DNA of 64,000 nucleotides. It comes from Fistulifera solaris (lineage: Eukaryota). The stretch covers positions 434,001 through 498,000 of the forward strand of contig AP026164.1 of the NCBI GenBank assembly GCA_030295235.1, given 5' to 3'. The notes under the pieces are model-generated. The model did no database searches and was not told the origin of the DNA. It saw only the letters and a list, made by a program, of their open reading frames with translations. Each line of letters opens with the position of its first letter. Positions within the stretch are counted from its first letter, which is position 1. Below are positions 36,407 to 48,045 of the stretch, one piece after another. Both the position numbers and the translations under genes were made by a program.

Positions 36407-38882
36407 ATGGAACGAGCACGGACATCTCCTCCCTCGCGAAGAGGTGATTGCTTTGAACGAAAACCCAATCTTCGTCCAGGAAGCTTTTCATTCTCCGAAC
36501 CGCGAAGAAGACGTCAATCACATCAACCATTGCTACGGCGGCCGCCGTCATTGTCAACTGTTTACGCTGGCAATCAATACAACGGCAAAATTGACTACAC
36601 TCGAAAAACAGTTTCGAACGATCGGCCGCAGCCGCCATCAATCATGCATTCCTTCGACAAAAGAGATAACAGAAGTGTTAGAGAAAACTCTTCTTCCTCA
36701 TCTATGTCGTCGACAAGGGAGACACCTCAAGCGCCTCAAAATCGAGATCGATATGTCCATCCCATGCTGGTCGGTCGATTTATTCCTGCCTGCGTCGTTC
36801 AACAAGATAAGATGGAAAGCTTAACTCCACAATCTACACCAGATCTATCTGAGATTTACTCTCACTCCAGTAGTGGCAGTAGTCAAAAGCTTACGGAAGA
36901 AAGTTTGTTCACTTCGAGTACATCTACCGGTGATTTTGAAACGGTCAAACAAGCACAGGGATCAATAGATATTTTCGCGAAAGAGCAAAATGATACTTGT
37001 TTAACGGCAAAGCAAAAGCCTAAATGTGAAGAGGTGACCTGTTTCGTAAAGGTTCCCCTGCCGCCTACTGCGAAAGACGAATCGTCAAATTCATTTGCCG
37101 AAGAAGCGACGACGACGGGTATCAAGACTGGGCCGGAGGCGGCAGAGAACTCTGAGAATCTGCGTGTACATTCAGAAAAAGCTTTGGTGAATCCAAATGA
37201 CGATGGTGTCGACAAGAAGTATGATTGCGAAACAAAGGTTGAATTTCAGACGAATTGCGACATTCAGCCACCGTCCAAGAAGAGAAAAACGATTGCTCCC
37301 CATGACGAATGCAAAAACCACTTCGACGTGAAAGTAGGGTGCAGAGTTGCTGTGTTTTGGGGTGGCGAGAACGCTTACTTTGAAGGCACGGTGACGCGTG
37401 AACGCAGAAATTACAAGCGCCGGTACTTCATTGAGTATGATGACGGTGACCGGGAGTGGATTGATTTTACAAAACACAAATTTTACTTGGTGGAACAACA
37501 GCCAAACTGCGCACAAGAAGAACATCTCTCCAAGCGCAATTGCAAACCCAGTGGTAGCGTTTCCCCTATGTCTGATGCTGAGAGGAAAGATCATAAGACG
37601 AAGCCGATACCGAGAGCGATTGATTGCCCAAGTTGTCGTACAGAGGATCCAAAAGATGCACAATCTGGTAATGATTGGGTGTACACCTATAACATTCCCA
37701 AAGTAAAGGCAGAACCCAACAGCTCCGATGATTCCGAAACCGACGAAGACGAAATCATGGAATGGGCGGTGAAGATGTTTGGCATCAGACCACCGATCGC
37801 TCGTCCAAAAATTCAGTCGAAGGATGCAGCACGGAGAATACTGGAACTCCATTCCCCTCCTTCTATTCAGGACGACCGCGTGTATGGTGGAATTTCGGAG
37901 GCTGTGAAGCGTAGAAGAAGCTGTGCGGTTTCTACCACGAACGTTCAGGAAGTAATGCAAAAAACAGAATCGGAATTAGTGCATCGAGATCGACCAAGGC
38001 CTACGCATCGCGTCAAAATTAGAAATTCGGCGTTGATGGCGAATCCAGTCATTGAGCCAGAAAAGGACGAAGAAATTGAGGCAAAGCGTAAGAAAGAATT
38101 GGCCAGAGCCTTGACGGCGGAGGAAATCAGACTGATTTTGGGTGAAGACGAATGTGTTGGTCCATGCTCCACAAACTGGGTCCGTCGATCCGTTAGACAG
38201 CCCTCAAAGCACGCTTTGAACTCACCGAGGGTAAAAGACCTGATAGCAAAGTTAAAAGCAATGATCCAGACATGGTGGTTCTGAAGATGAAGAAATACGT
38301 TAATGATCCGAACACACCCTGCCTAGTAATCGATGCTGTCCTTGCTGCGCTTGAAGAAAATACGAATTGCGAAGCGCTTTATATTCAGGTAAGCCGATGT
38401 AGTCAAAACTGACTTAGTTTTATGCTCCTGAGTGTCTAACGTTAACCGTTCCTCAGAATTTTAACGAAGGCATGCGAGACGAACAGATGATGAGCCTACT
38501 TCAGGTGCTCCAGCGTTCTTCATGTAACATCTGGTGCTTGAATATCGGGGAGACGTATAAGGTCAAGCAGAAAACGTGGAAGCGATTCGCGATCGGCTTG
38601 AAGAAAACAAAGATCACCCACATGTACGCTTCTGAGCACGTGATATCGACCGAGTTAAAAGATCAGATCCGGTCGACAATTCGAGATAACCGGTCGAAGC
38701 ACTCTATGCACTGCGATCCCAACAACCTTGATACCATTGTCAAGTGCACTCATTGCTGGTGGAACCCAGTCAATACAAAGAGCTTGCGACCGTACTTGAA
38801 GAAGAGGGGCTACGACCGCATCTTGGGGGACAGTGAATTTCAGGGCTTGCCCGGTTCATCTTCTGGGGCGACTCTTATATAA
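36407..38882 (+). CDS. Tudor-domain protein with a conserved-looking C-terminal RNI/LRR-like region
   Basis: VGCRVAVFW..ENAYFEGTV...YFIEYDDGDREW (Tudor). One indel at about 38254-38257. GTAAGC...CAG intron at 38389-38456 joins EALYIQ-NFNEGMRD. Start uncertain (36242-36644). Confidence 0.7.
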
Positions 38883-39059
38883 CATTTGGCGAGCTTCAAA
38901 TTATCACCTAGACGAGTTATTATTTTTCATGTAATTAATTGTACAAAATAGATGTGAAAGCAAAGTGCAGTCGACAGAAAATTTGTACTTATAATGTGGG
39001 CTCAAATAAAACTATATTTTGAGAGATTTAGCGATTAGTCTGAAATATCAGCTGCTGAT

Positions 39060-39605
39060 TCATCTGTTCCTCGACTCCATAAGCTTCTGTCGTCTATTCC
39101 GTAACTGCTGTACAAGCTCTTCGGCGATTTCAATTCCACCGTTCCAGTCGTCGGTAGAAAGCTCGGTACTCTCCTCGGCATCGTGAGTCTCCTCATCCAG
39201 TTTTGATAAATCAAAGTTCATTAGTGATGCTTGCATTTGCATTAGCATGGCGGGTGTTTTTGAATTTCGTCGTTGAAATCTCCGTCTTTTCGTGGGTGGT
39301 TCTGTGTCGGGCGCAGCATAGCCGTATCCGTAGTCTTGTTGATCGAGCTCAAACGATACTGATTTCAAATTCGTTTCTTTCTCTAAATCTCTCCCTAACG
39401 TTGCTTTTAAAGACTTTCCATTCGTTATCATCTTGCTCAACGACATCGGAGAACTGCTTAGTTGTATGCAGGGGCTTTTCATGTCACCGTAGCCGTAAAA
39501 GTCAACAGCTGCTTTTGAAGACAGATCATCCGCTGGCTCTAGGGAGTTCAGCGTCCTTATTGATTCGATGGCGGACAGAGCGATATCGTGATTTGTAGCA
39601 ACCAT
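39060..39605 (-). CDS. Small low-complexity hypothetical protein with YGYG and KRRRFQRRNSKT motifs
   Basis: Clean 181-aa ORF with an ATG preceded by an A-rich leader. Basic NLS-like stretch. Confidence 0.7.
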   Translation of the reverse strand: MVATNHDIALSAIESIRTLNSLEPADDLSSKAAVDFYGYGDMKSPCIQLSSSPMSLSKMITNGKSLKATLGRDLEKETNLKSVSFELDQQDYGYGYAAPDTEPPTKRRRFQRRNSKTPAMLMQMQASLMNFDLSKLDEETHDAEESTELSTDDWNGGIEIAEELVQQLRNRRQKLMESRNR

Positions 39606-40928
39606 TGTTTGTATTATTGGATTGAATCGTAATCGTTTGTGTCAAAACACTGTGTTGAAAAATTTTGTCGTGATCGTTGTGTGGAAAAAGAGACGGCGGT
39701 TTTTCGATTTTTGATGCTTTGCGGCCTCCCGAAATGGAAATCGGTCCAGGCACGATCCGCTGTGATGCAAAAACGAATCGCTGTTATACTTTTTATACTA
39801 TACACTCCTCATCTCACTGGAAGGAACCCTCTGTTATCTGTTATGTGCATGTTAGGGCCTTCCTGGGAACACGCAAGCACGCAAGCGCGCTTCGAAGAAA
39901 CTCATAGAGAAATCATGAATCATCATGTATTAAATTATATCGCGAGGTATTCGTTGGTCCTGATGGGGAACAAGGCGAGAATCATCATCAACTATCTTTA
40001 TCACGTGACTTCAGTATAGAATTACACGTGAAAATTTGTCCAGGATTGGGGAAGGTTCCACTACACTATACTATCCATAAATGGTTTTCGACGAAAATTA
40101 CTCCCAAACATTTATCCATATAAAAAAGAACTCTTGGAACTTGAATGTTCAGGCCCAGCGCGCAATCGCTTCTCAACAATACAATTTACTTCATATTTCA
40201 TTGTGAGTATATAGCTTAAAGCACCGATTATTGGTGAATGATTTTGGACTAAAGTACATGACATAGTTTGCGCTTTTCACTGAAACTTTTCGACTCTAAA
40301 TTTAAAGGTTTTACTGGAAAATTTGAACTTTATACTGGATTCTTGATTATTTAAACACAAAAGCGAATCGCGAATAGCGCATAGCGCCCAAGGGAATGGT
40401 ACTATATACTATCAGCTCAACAAAAGAAACGGTGGCGAAAGGATGTCTCTTGGGAGAAACCCAGCCATCCGAAATGTTCCGTTGTTCGGGACTCGGAATC
40501 TCGGAGCCTCTATGACCTGACCAATCATCAATTTGTCACTCTGAAAAACTGCTGTGAATCAATCGATGATTTGATCTGCCTGCAAAGCATCGAGCTCTAG
40601 GGAGGAGATGGGGCAAACAAACGTAGATTAACCTTGGTTAACCGTGCTCCTAGCTAGGGAGTGCCTACTTAAAGGTTTAGCGACCAAAACCATACATGTT
40701 ATATGCCTTTCGCTACCACCACACAAATTAGCTAGAGTAACACAGTGCGCTATGACCACCATAGTCAGATCTGTCTGGGGCCATCTTGGGAGTTAGAGGG
40801 CTCTTGCGCAACAAGGTAATGCGAACCGTTCGAAAACTGCCATCAGTTCCATAATTTTTCTTGTAACAGAAAACTACGGACATGCAAAAATTCGCGAACT
40901 CGGAGGGGGAACCTCATCGCGCCATACA

Positions 40929-41990
40929 CTATCGTGACATTTGTCGCATGTTTTTGGAAAACTTGAACTCGGGTCGTCCATTCAAGAGTGTCGTTACTAA
41001 TTCACTCTTCGGTTCTTCTTTACAGCAACCCAAACGGATCGGTGTTTCCATTCCGTAGCCATCTTCCAAATAAGCAAAAATCTGCCAATCGTACGGATAG
41101 GCTTTGATCGCAACACACTCCTCTCCTCGGCAACTAAATCGCAGGCACACGTAGGTTTCGTCGAAACCACGGTCAAAAATAACCTTTTGTGCCTTCTTCT
41201 TAGCACCAGGAGCCAGTAAATTGATACCCCAAGAATCGATGCTTCTCCAAAAAGGGTTGACGAGCAAGAACAGGCGATCTTTCATATCGTGATCTATTGT
41301 TTCAATATCCTTGATGTATTTGACGTCCGTATTCGGGAAAACAAGGGCTTGAACGTCAAATTTGGCGCCCTCTTGGGCCTCCGCTGAATGTAAAGCTGAA
41401 CCGTCAAAGTCCCATATCTCTTGATCCTTGACCACAGGAGACAAAATTTGTTCCGACGATACTCGAATGCTTCGTAATAGCTCACGAGCGAGGGGCTTTG
41501 CTGCTTCGCGGTACATTTGTTGCGCCCCTCCTGGCCATTGGTTGCTGCTGGTAAACGAGTCTTTCTCTTGAAGGAGAAAGAATCGTACGGTTTGCCGTGT
41601 GACGCCGTCTCGATAAGCTCTCTCCACAGCACGCGCTGCCTGAGCTACCATGTCATCTCTCGTTACGGGAACTTCCACCATTCTTCCCCGATCCAGTGGT
41701 ACTTCGTTCGCTCGTCGGTTTTTCCGTTCCTCGGCGGCCTTTATTTCTCGGTCCTTCTTTTCCTTTGCTTCACTTTCGACCTCGTGTATTGTTTTTCCCT
41801 CCATGGTAGCAATCTCTGCTCGCAGTTGTGCCGCCTTGTCTCGCAGTGCTTGCGCCTCCACGGCGGCGTCATCCATAGTCGATGGTAGTGAGGACACAAA
41901 CGTCATTGCCGAACGAGGCGAAGATACGAATGCGGTTGTTTCCGTCGTGTAAATAGCGAGTAAAGCGGCGATATTATAAACAAATCTCAT
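40929..41990 (-). CDS. Plastid-targeted DUF1995-family protein
   Basis: Signal peptide ending TTA-FVS (ASAF-type bipartite signal), AQAARAVERA, WPGGAQQMY, LLVNP and KAYPYDWQIF. Confidence 0.8.
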   Translation of the reverse strand: MRFVYNIAALLAIYTTETTAFVSSPRSAMTFVSSLPSTMDDAAVEAQALRDKAAQLRAEIATMEGKTIHEVESEAKEKKDREIKAAEERKNRRANEVPLDRGRMVEVPVTRDDMVAQAARAVERAYRDGVTRQTVRFFLLQEKDSFTSSNQWPGGAQQMYREAAKPLARELLRSIRVSSEQILSPVVKDQEIWDFDGSALHSAEAQEGAKFDVQALVFPNTDVKYIKDIETIDHDMKDRLFLLVNPFWRSIDSWGINLLAPGAKKKAQKVIFDRGFDETYVCLRFSCRGEECVAIKAYPYDWQIFAYLEDGYGMETPIRLGCCKEEPKSELVTTLLNGRPEFKFSKNMRQMSR

Positions 41991-42532
41991 TTTGCAAGTC
42001 TTCTTTCAAATAAACTCCAATCTGTGCAAAGAGCGTGGTTGTTTCCTTTTCGTTGTCAAAGTTACGTAGTAGTTTGAGAAGAACAAAATGAAACTGAATC
42101 AGAAGAACGACGCTCGGGCTGACCAAGGCGAGTGACGAGGACGAGTGACTGACTCGATCCAAGACTCGACCGCAAAATAATGGAGATACGGGAATCAGCC
42201 TCAAGACTTAAGATACTGTAACAGAAATAGAACTTTTTTCTTGTTTTGTTGTATGAGAGCACGCACATGTTTTCGGACCGTTAAAACTTTCACGTTTTCG
42301 CACACACACAATGTTTCGAAGAAAAAAAACGGATAGGCGGAGGTTTTGATGAAAACGGATCGCCATGATTAATTGAAAACCTTCCTTTATCGTTAAGCTG
42401 GCATTATACGACTCAAGTTATCGATGGAGCTGTTTTCTTCTGCTGTCATACATTGCTGCGTGGTTTATTTTGTGCATTTTGAGCGGCTTCATTGCACGCA
42501 GAATATTCATCTTCTTCAAAAAATATCCGGTC

Positions 42533-43732
42533 ATGTCAAGCAGTCGAGAAGGATTAGCCATTGTCGACGAGAAGCTCACCTATACCAACGTTGTTGAAGA
42601 TGTTGACATAGAATCAGTCTTATCCGAATACGTTATGGCGGAGGATCTTGAAGCGATTCTACCCTCAGAGCGCATTCCAACGGTAGTCACCAACAGCCAT
42701 GGAGCGGAAGTTGCGAGAAACGACGAAGAGCAAGTTCCCTTGAGCCCCATCGGATCGGATCTTTCTATTCGTGCGGAAGAACTATCGGAGTCTATCTTAG
42801 AGAATCTACCTGTTTCTCCCTCATTGCTCGACGTGATTCAAGAAACCGAACAAGTCATCTGCGCTACTTCATCGGACCCCATCGATCAGAAAGTGTCGGA
42901 AGGAGTTACACCCAACCAGTTAGGTGTCGATACTTCGAAATCAGAAATTAAACCGTTTACATTGGTCACGTCACGGCTTGTTTCATTCTTTGGACTTACC
43001 CTGCTGGCTCTGCTCGTTCTCTATGGCCTAAAGACAAGTGCTCTTTGGCCACTGTCTTTTCGCGAGGCCTCTGTGACAGAAGACAAAAAGACCGTGAATG
43101 AGGCCGAGCCCAGTCGGCAAGTTGTGATGAGCACTCTTGTAGCGGATAAAACACTCAAATACGATGACTGGTCGCAAGATTTTATGGAGCAATTGATGGG
43201 CATCGACGATAGAAACAACGCCCTTTCCATTCTTCCCACTGTCGATGATTCTTCCAAACGCGGCTGGGGTACTCTCTTCGCACAGCTGTTAGGACTTGCG
43301 CTGTCTGTGTGCTCCGTGACTATGATAAAGGGTGAGAATCCGGGTGAAGAACACTCGATTGGAGAACCTGTCCACAAGAATCTCTCGAATTCGCGCTTGG
43401 ATAGTATTCGCCATATATTGGTCGATTGCAAGAAGAGCTTGCGTCGAAATGGGCGACGCAGTCGTAAGGAATCTGATTTGAAGGGCTACGACTCGGCCAA
43501 ATACGAACGCTTATCGGTTGAAGATTTACAAAAGATTTTGACCTCGTTCAATCAATCGGCGAAGGGCAGCAAGCAGTGTCTTATCAAAGCGATTGTAACT
43601 GAATATGCTCGACAGCTGGCTCTCTTGACCAAGGCTGAGATAAAGGAGCTGTTGGAATTTCACGATATTCTCTCGGCTACCTCGCTGACGAAACCGAAAA
43701 TGATCAGAACTCTTGTCGAAGCGGCCTTCTAA
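42533..43732 (+). CDS. Hypothetical membrane protein with two TM helices and C-terminal SAP/HeH-like repeats
   Basis: Acidic N-terminus, two hydrophobic segments, then YERLSVEDLQKIL...KGSKQCLI and LTKAEIKELL...TKPKMI. Confidence 0.65.
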   Translation: MSSSREGLAIVDEKLTYTNVVEDVDIESVLSEYVMAEDLEAILPSERIPTVVTNSHGAEVARNDEEQVPLSPIGSDLSIRAEELSESILENLPVSPSLLDVIQETEQVICATSSDPIDQKVSEGVTPNQLGVDTSKSEIKPFTLVTSRLVSFFGLTLLALLVLYGLKTSALWPLSFREASVTEDKKTVNEAEPSRQVVMSTLVADKTLKYDDWSQDFMEQLMGIDDRNNALSILPTVDDSSKRGWGTLFAQLLGLALSVCSVTMIKGENPGEEHSIGEPVHKNLSNSRLDSIRHILVDCKKSLRRNGRRSRKESDLKGYDSAKYERLSVEDLQKILTSFNQSAKGSKQCLIKAIVTEYARQLALLTKAEIKELLEFHDILSATSLTKPKMIRTLVEAAF

Positions 43733-43792
43733 TTATGCATGTTAAATGAATAAGTATTATCACTAGTATTCAGAAATCTCTATGAAAGTTGC

Positions 43793-46284
43793 TCAGCTAC
43801 TTGCACTGATCGTGACTGGTTCGTTCGAGCGTCGGTCTCTTTGTCTATTTCTTCGCATGACGTGATGATACAAGTAGACCAGACTTTGCGGAGTCATACC
43901 ACTAATTTGCGACGCCTCATGAAACGTGCTTGGCCTGATTCTCGTAAGCTTCTCAAGTTCCTCGTTGCTTAGTGTGGGCAGATTATTATGATCGTAAACG
44001 ACATCCGGAGGAATTCGTAAACCCTGAGCTCGCCTCCAGCTATCCATATCTTTATATTGCCGACGCACGTATGACTTATACTTCACTGACGCTTCGACGG
44101 TGTCATATACCGATAACGGGCATTTCATGAACGATATCTCGTCAGATGAAGTCTCGGCGGATTCCTTGCGAACATCCATCATGATGTTTTCTACATCGTT
44201 GAGTGTTACATGTGGCATGATAAGGATTTCCTCAGCGGTCTTTTTCTGTCCTTGCTTTCGACTTACTTGCGCTCCGCCCATGAGATCATTGCCACCGCGA
44301 GCTGACCATTCTGTGACCTTCAAATCAAATTTCTGTAGCTGTTCAATACGGTCCCCAATTAGCATTTCACGGGCGTCAAGAGCTGAGATGCGCTCTTCGT
44401 CTCGGACCAAGCCAAAGTCTATTCCCTTCCGAGTCAAACGCAAGTCCGCGTTATCAGCTCTTAAACTGATACGATATTCTGCTCGCGAAGTAAACATACG
44501 ATAAGGCTCCAATGTTCCTCGAGTGACCAGATCGTCGATTAAAACGCCAATATATCCCTCATCGCGTCCGATGATGAGAGGTGAAGGAGCATTTTCGCCA
44601 GAACTTGCTGCCACCGCTGCGCGACCGGCGTTTGCTCCAGCAATAATCCCTTGTGCGGCGGCTTCTTCGTATCCCGTTGTTCCGCAAATCTGCCCCGCAA
44701 GAAATAGCCCTCCTATACTCTTAGTCTCGAGCGTGTGTGTTAATGCTTGAGGGTTGACGAAATCATACTCCACGTCATAGCCAGGACGAACAATGTCAAC
44801 AGCTCCAAGTCCCTTCATACTCCGAATAATTTTTAACTGAATTTCTTCGGGATACGGTCTGCACATTTATTCAAATCATGGTGAGAGGGGTCGCACAAAG
44901 GAAGTTTACAAGTCGCGAAAATGACCTACCCACTCATACCATTCGGGTAAACAATATTCGTATTCAGACCTTCTGGTTCTAAAAAGCAATTATGACCCGT
45001 TCTATCTGGAAAACGTTGTACTTTTTTTGTAAAGAGAGGGACAATATCGTGGGCCATTTCCCTTGCCATCCAAGCCGTCGTAGATAGGGAGTGTGTGTTC
45101 ATACTTCATTACAAGCTCATGCGTCTTTTCGTTTGTTGCTGTCTGATAACAATCAATCAAGGTACCCGCCGTCACCATGGGGGCTGCTCTTCGTTGAACT
45201 GGCGAATGTGCGAAAATGGTTGCGCAGGGACTTCCGATGGTTGGATCGTACAGGCATCCCAGTCGATCGAACTTCCGTCGATGCGAGGAGGCGTCCCCGT
45301 CTTGAGACGACCAAGTGGAAACTTGAATCGAGCCAAAGTGTGTGCCAATCCTACGGAGGGAGGCTCTACCAATTCGGAATCTCGTAGATGCCGTCCGCCA
45401 GCATAACGGTCGTGACCGATCATTAATACACCGCGGAGGAACGTGCCCGTTGTAATGACTACAGCTCTAGCCTGAATTTCGTGTCGCGTCGCTGGTTGAT
45501 TTTCGCTCTCTGTTGTCTGCACAATAACTCCACGAATTCGCGCGTTTCGGGTGGCGGACGTGGCCGAATGCATCATTTTGTCCATTTCGGGTCGGCGGTC
45601 GTCACTTTGCGATTTCATCCCCAATAAGCCCGTCCCCGAGACACGGATCGTATTCTCCATCGACATGGGTGCTAGCGATTCAATGGGAGAACCCGATTCA
45701 TCTAAAAGTAAGTCTTGAACGCTTGCTTCAATAAGATGTAGATTGGGATAGGACTTCAAGGTCGCTTGCATTGACGTCTTGTACAGATCACGATCCATTT
45801 GGGCTCGTGGTCCGCGCACTGCCGGTCCCTTACTACGGTTGAGAACACGAAAATGAATACCCGCCTCATCCGCCACTGTACCAATCAATCCGTCGAGTGC
45901 GTCAATTTCTCGCACCAGGTGGCCCTTACCGATGCCTCCGATGGAAGGATTGCACGAAAGCTCACCGATGGTATCGAGACGTTGCGTCACCAGGGCCGTT
46001 TTCGCTCCAGTTCGTGCCGCAGCGGCAGCTGCATCACATCCTGCGTGACCACCTCCAACTACAATGACATCGTATTCTTGATTCAACAGCGCATTCTGAT
46101 TTTTGAGAGGTGGAGAACTCACGATGCTTCGGAAAAAAAGAGTGGGGTGGGTCGAAACGAGAAACTTTTTACAAAGTTGACTCTGAGCAGCAGAGCTCGA
46201 CTCATTAACATTATGAGCGTTGAGAGAGCGATGTTCATATTCAAGATCTTCGACGGCTGGCGTTGCATGGCTCACTGCCAGCAT
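43793..46284 (-). CDS. MTO1: tRNA U34 carboxymethylaminomethyl modification enzyme MnmG/GidA/MTO1
   Basis: [69 protein letters not shown] and [13 protein letters not shown]. Intron at 44929-44859; indels at about 45181 and 45025. Start uncertain. Confidence 0.93.
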
Positions 46285-46410
46285 CGTCGTTTGCTCTATA
46301 ATGTTGTTGTAGTTTCTTTTCTTTTCAAGGTCGCCACAGAATAACGTTTTGATGCTTGGATGCTGCTTTGATGACGTGTAGCATACAAACGTACAGAAGG
46401 TAAGACGGGT

Positions 46411-46619
46411 ACCGGTATGTTGGCCGGCCGTTTCTATCATAGTGCTTCGGAAAAGTTCTCCTTCTATTTTTGATAGTAGTGTGAATGTCCCAAACATCCC
46501 GGTAGGACACTACCGGTACGTTGTCCTGCCGTTTCTATCATAGTGCTTGGGAAAAGTCCTTCTTCTATTATTTGATAGTAATGTAAATAATGTAAATGTC
46601 CCAAGCATCCCGGTAGGAC
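46411..46619. repeat. Imperfect tandem duplication of an approximately 100-bp unit
   Basis: accggta..gttg...gccgtttctatcatagtgctt.gg.aaaagt...cttctatt..tgatagta.tgt.aatgtcccaa.catcccggtaggac occurs at 46411-46508 and again at 46512-46619. Confidence 0.9.
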
Positions 46620-48045
46620 CTTGTCAAGCTTTTCGCCGTGTTATCTCGTTGACTTGCAATGTTTTACGATGAAACATCAAGGAAAAATATTTCCCAAAAC
46701 TTGATAGTTTATTACAATGAATCATAATTTAATCAAACTGGAGAGGAATGGTAAAGTTAGCCGCAGAATCGTTCAAAGATAGATCGCTCGTCAAAGACTC
46801 GATCGAACCTTGACGACCGTCATACCAATGGAAGGCCACACCTCTCGATTTCGCTATGACAAAGGAATTGCGACGTTGCTATCTAACTTCAAGAGGAGGA
46901 AGACAAGGGTCATCATTCTTTAGGGGGGGGGCCACGGTTCGAGCGCGCTTGGTCGCCGGAACACTCGAAGTGAGATCTCTTTGCTCCAAATCATGTTTTT
47001 TTGTGAAAGGAAGAATCCGATAGCAATCGGGCAAACCGAGCGGCCTTGTCTAAAATATGGGACTTGTCGTGGCACAGTGATCTTCCGAGTCGAAAGGTTT
47101 GTGGCTACGCTTTGCTTGAAGGCGACGAAACTCGGCGAGCTTGGGAGAGTTATTCGCTAGGCCGATTAGATTTTGCCAAGGCAATGGCATTGCTGTTTTT
47201 GAGAAGAGGGCGAGCGGGTCATTCCCTTGTGTTAATTCACCAGAGTAGTTAACAGAAAATGAAACAAAGAACAGATTTAGTTAACTGGAAACGGCAAACG
47301 GAGAAGACTTTTTCCTCTATCTTCCTTCGCAGGACTACTACGAATGTGTGTCAAAGATGTGATGACGGGTGATTCGTAAAAAGCGCCCCGGCACTTGGCA
47401 TTCCGTGCTCCGAGAGAATGCTGAGTCGTTACAGAACTCTTTTACATTCGAAATGTAGAGTCAGATGACGACATTAAAGTTGGGTCTTGTTCCCGTTTGT
47501 CAGTGGTCATCGGTAAAGGCTAAACTGGTATTTCTTCACTGTTTTTGTTAATGTTCGTTTGTTCGTCAAGAACCAGCATTGACTCCGTTACTTGGCGTGT
47601 CTCCACAGGTGTCATTTCCGTTTTGCGTCTTGAATATGATTGTCGAGAGACATTCTCTTTTCTACATTAGCATCGGTGTTGTTAAAAGCTTTTGCCACTG
47701 CATTGGCTGTACCAGTACAGTGTCGATAGCGGTCTCGTTAGACTTTCGACTTTTGTGGTTTTGTGGAGTATTTGTTTGCGCTTTCACTTTTCTGAACAGT
47801 CTTACCGGAACACGCTGGATGTTTTTTGGTTTTCTTTTCCTTGCGCCTAATTGCGCTCAGTCATGATCTCAATGGCTCTCAATCACGGATGAAAATGTGA
47901 GTCAGTCGCATCAATCAACGAACGAACAACCTCGATGATCGATGAGTAAACCACATCGTCGGCTATTTCTCGATCTGAGGACCACCTAATGGCCCACCAT
48001 GGGTGCTTTGTGCTGAAATTGTGAATAGTGACTGCGTTTTCCTGA

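Noticed and set aside
40450..40850. Short hairpins (for example ctcctagctagggag) suggesting a structured ncRNA
   Set aside because: Stems are short, and no tRNA, snRNA or snoRNA box pattern could be supported.
46700..47900. Possible transposon or pseudogene in a long intergenic gap
   Set aside because: No terminal repeats and no transposase, RT or integrase motifs. The short ORFs are unrecognisable.
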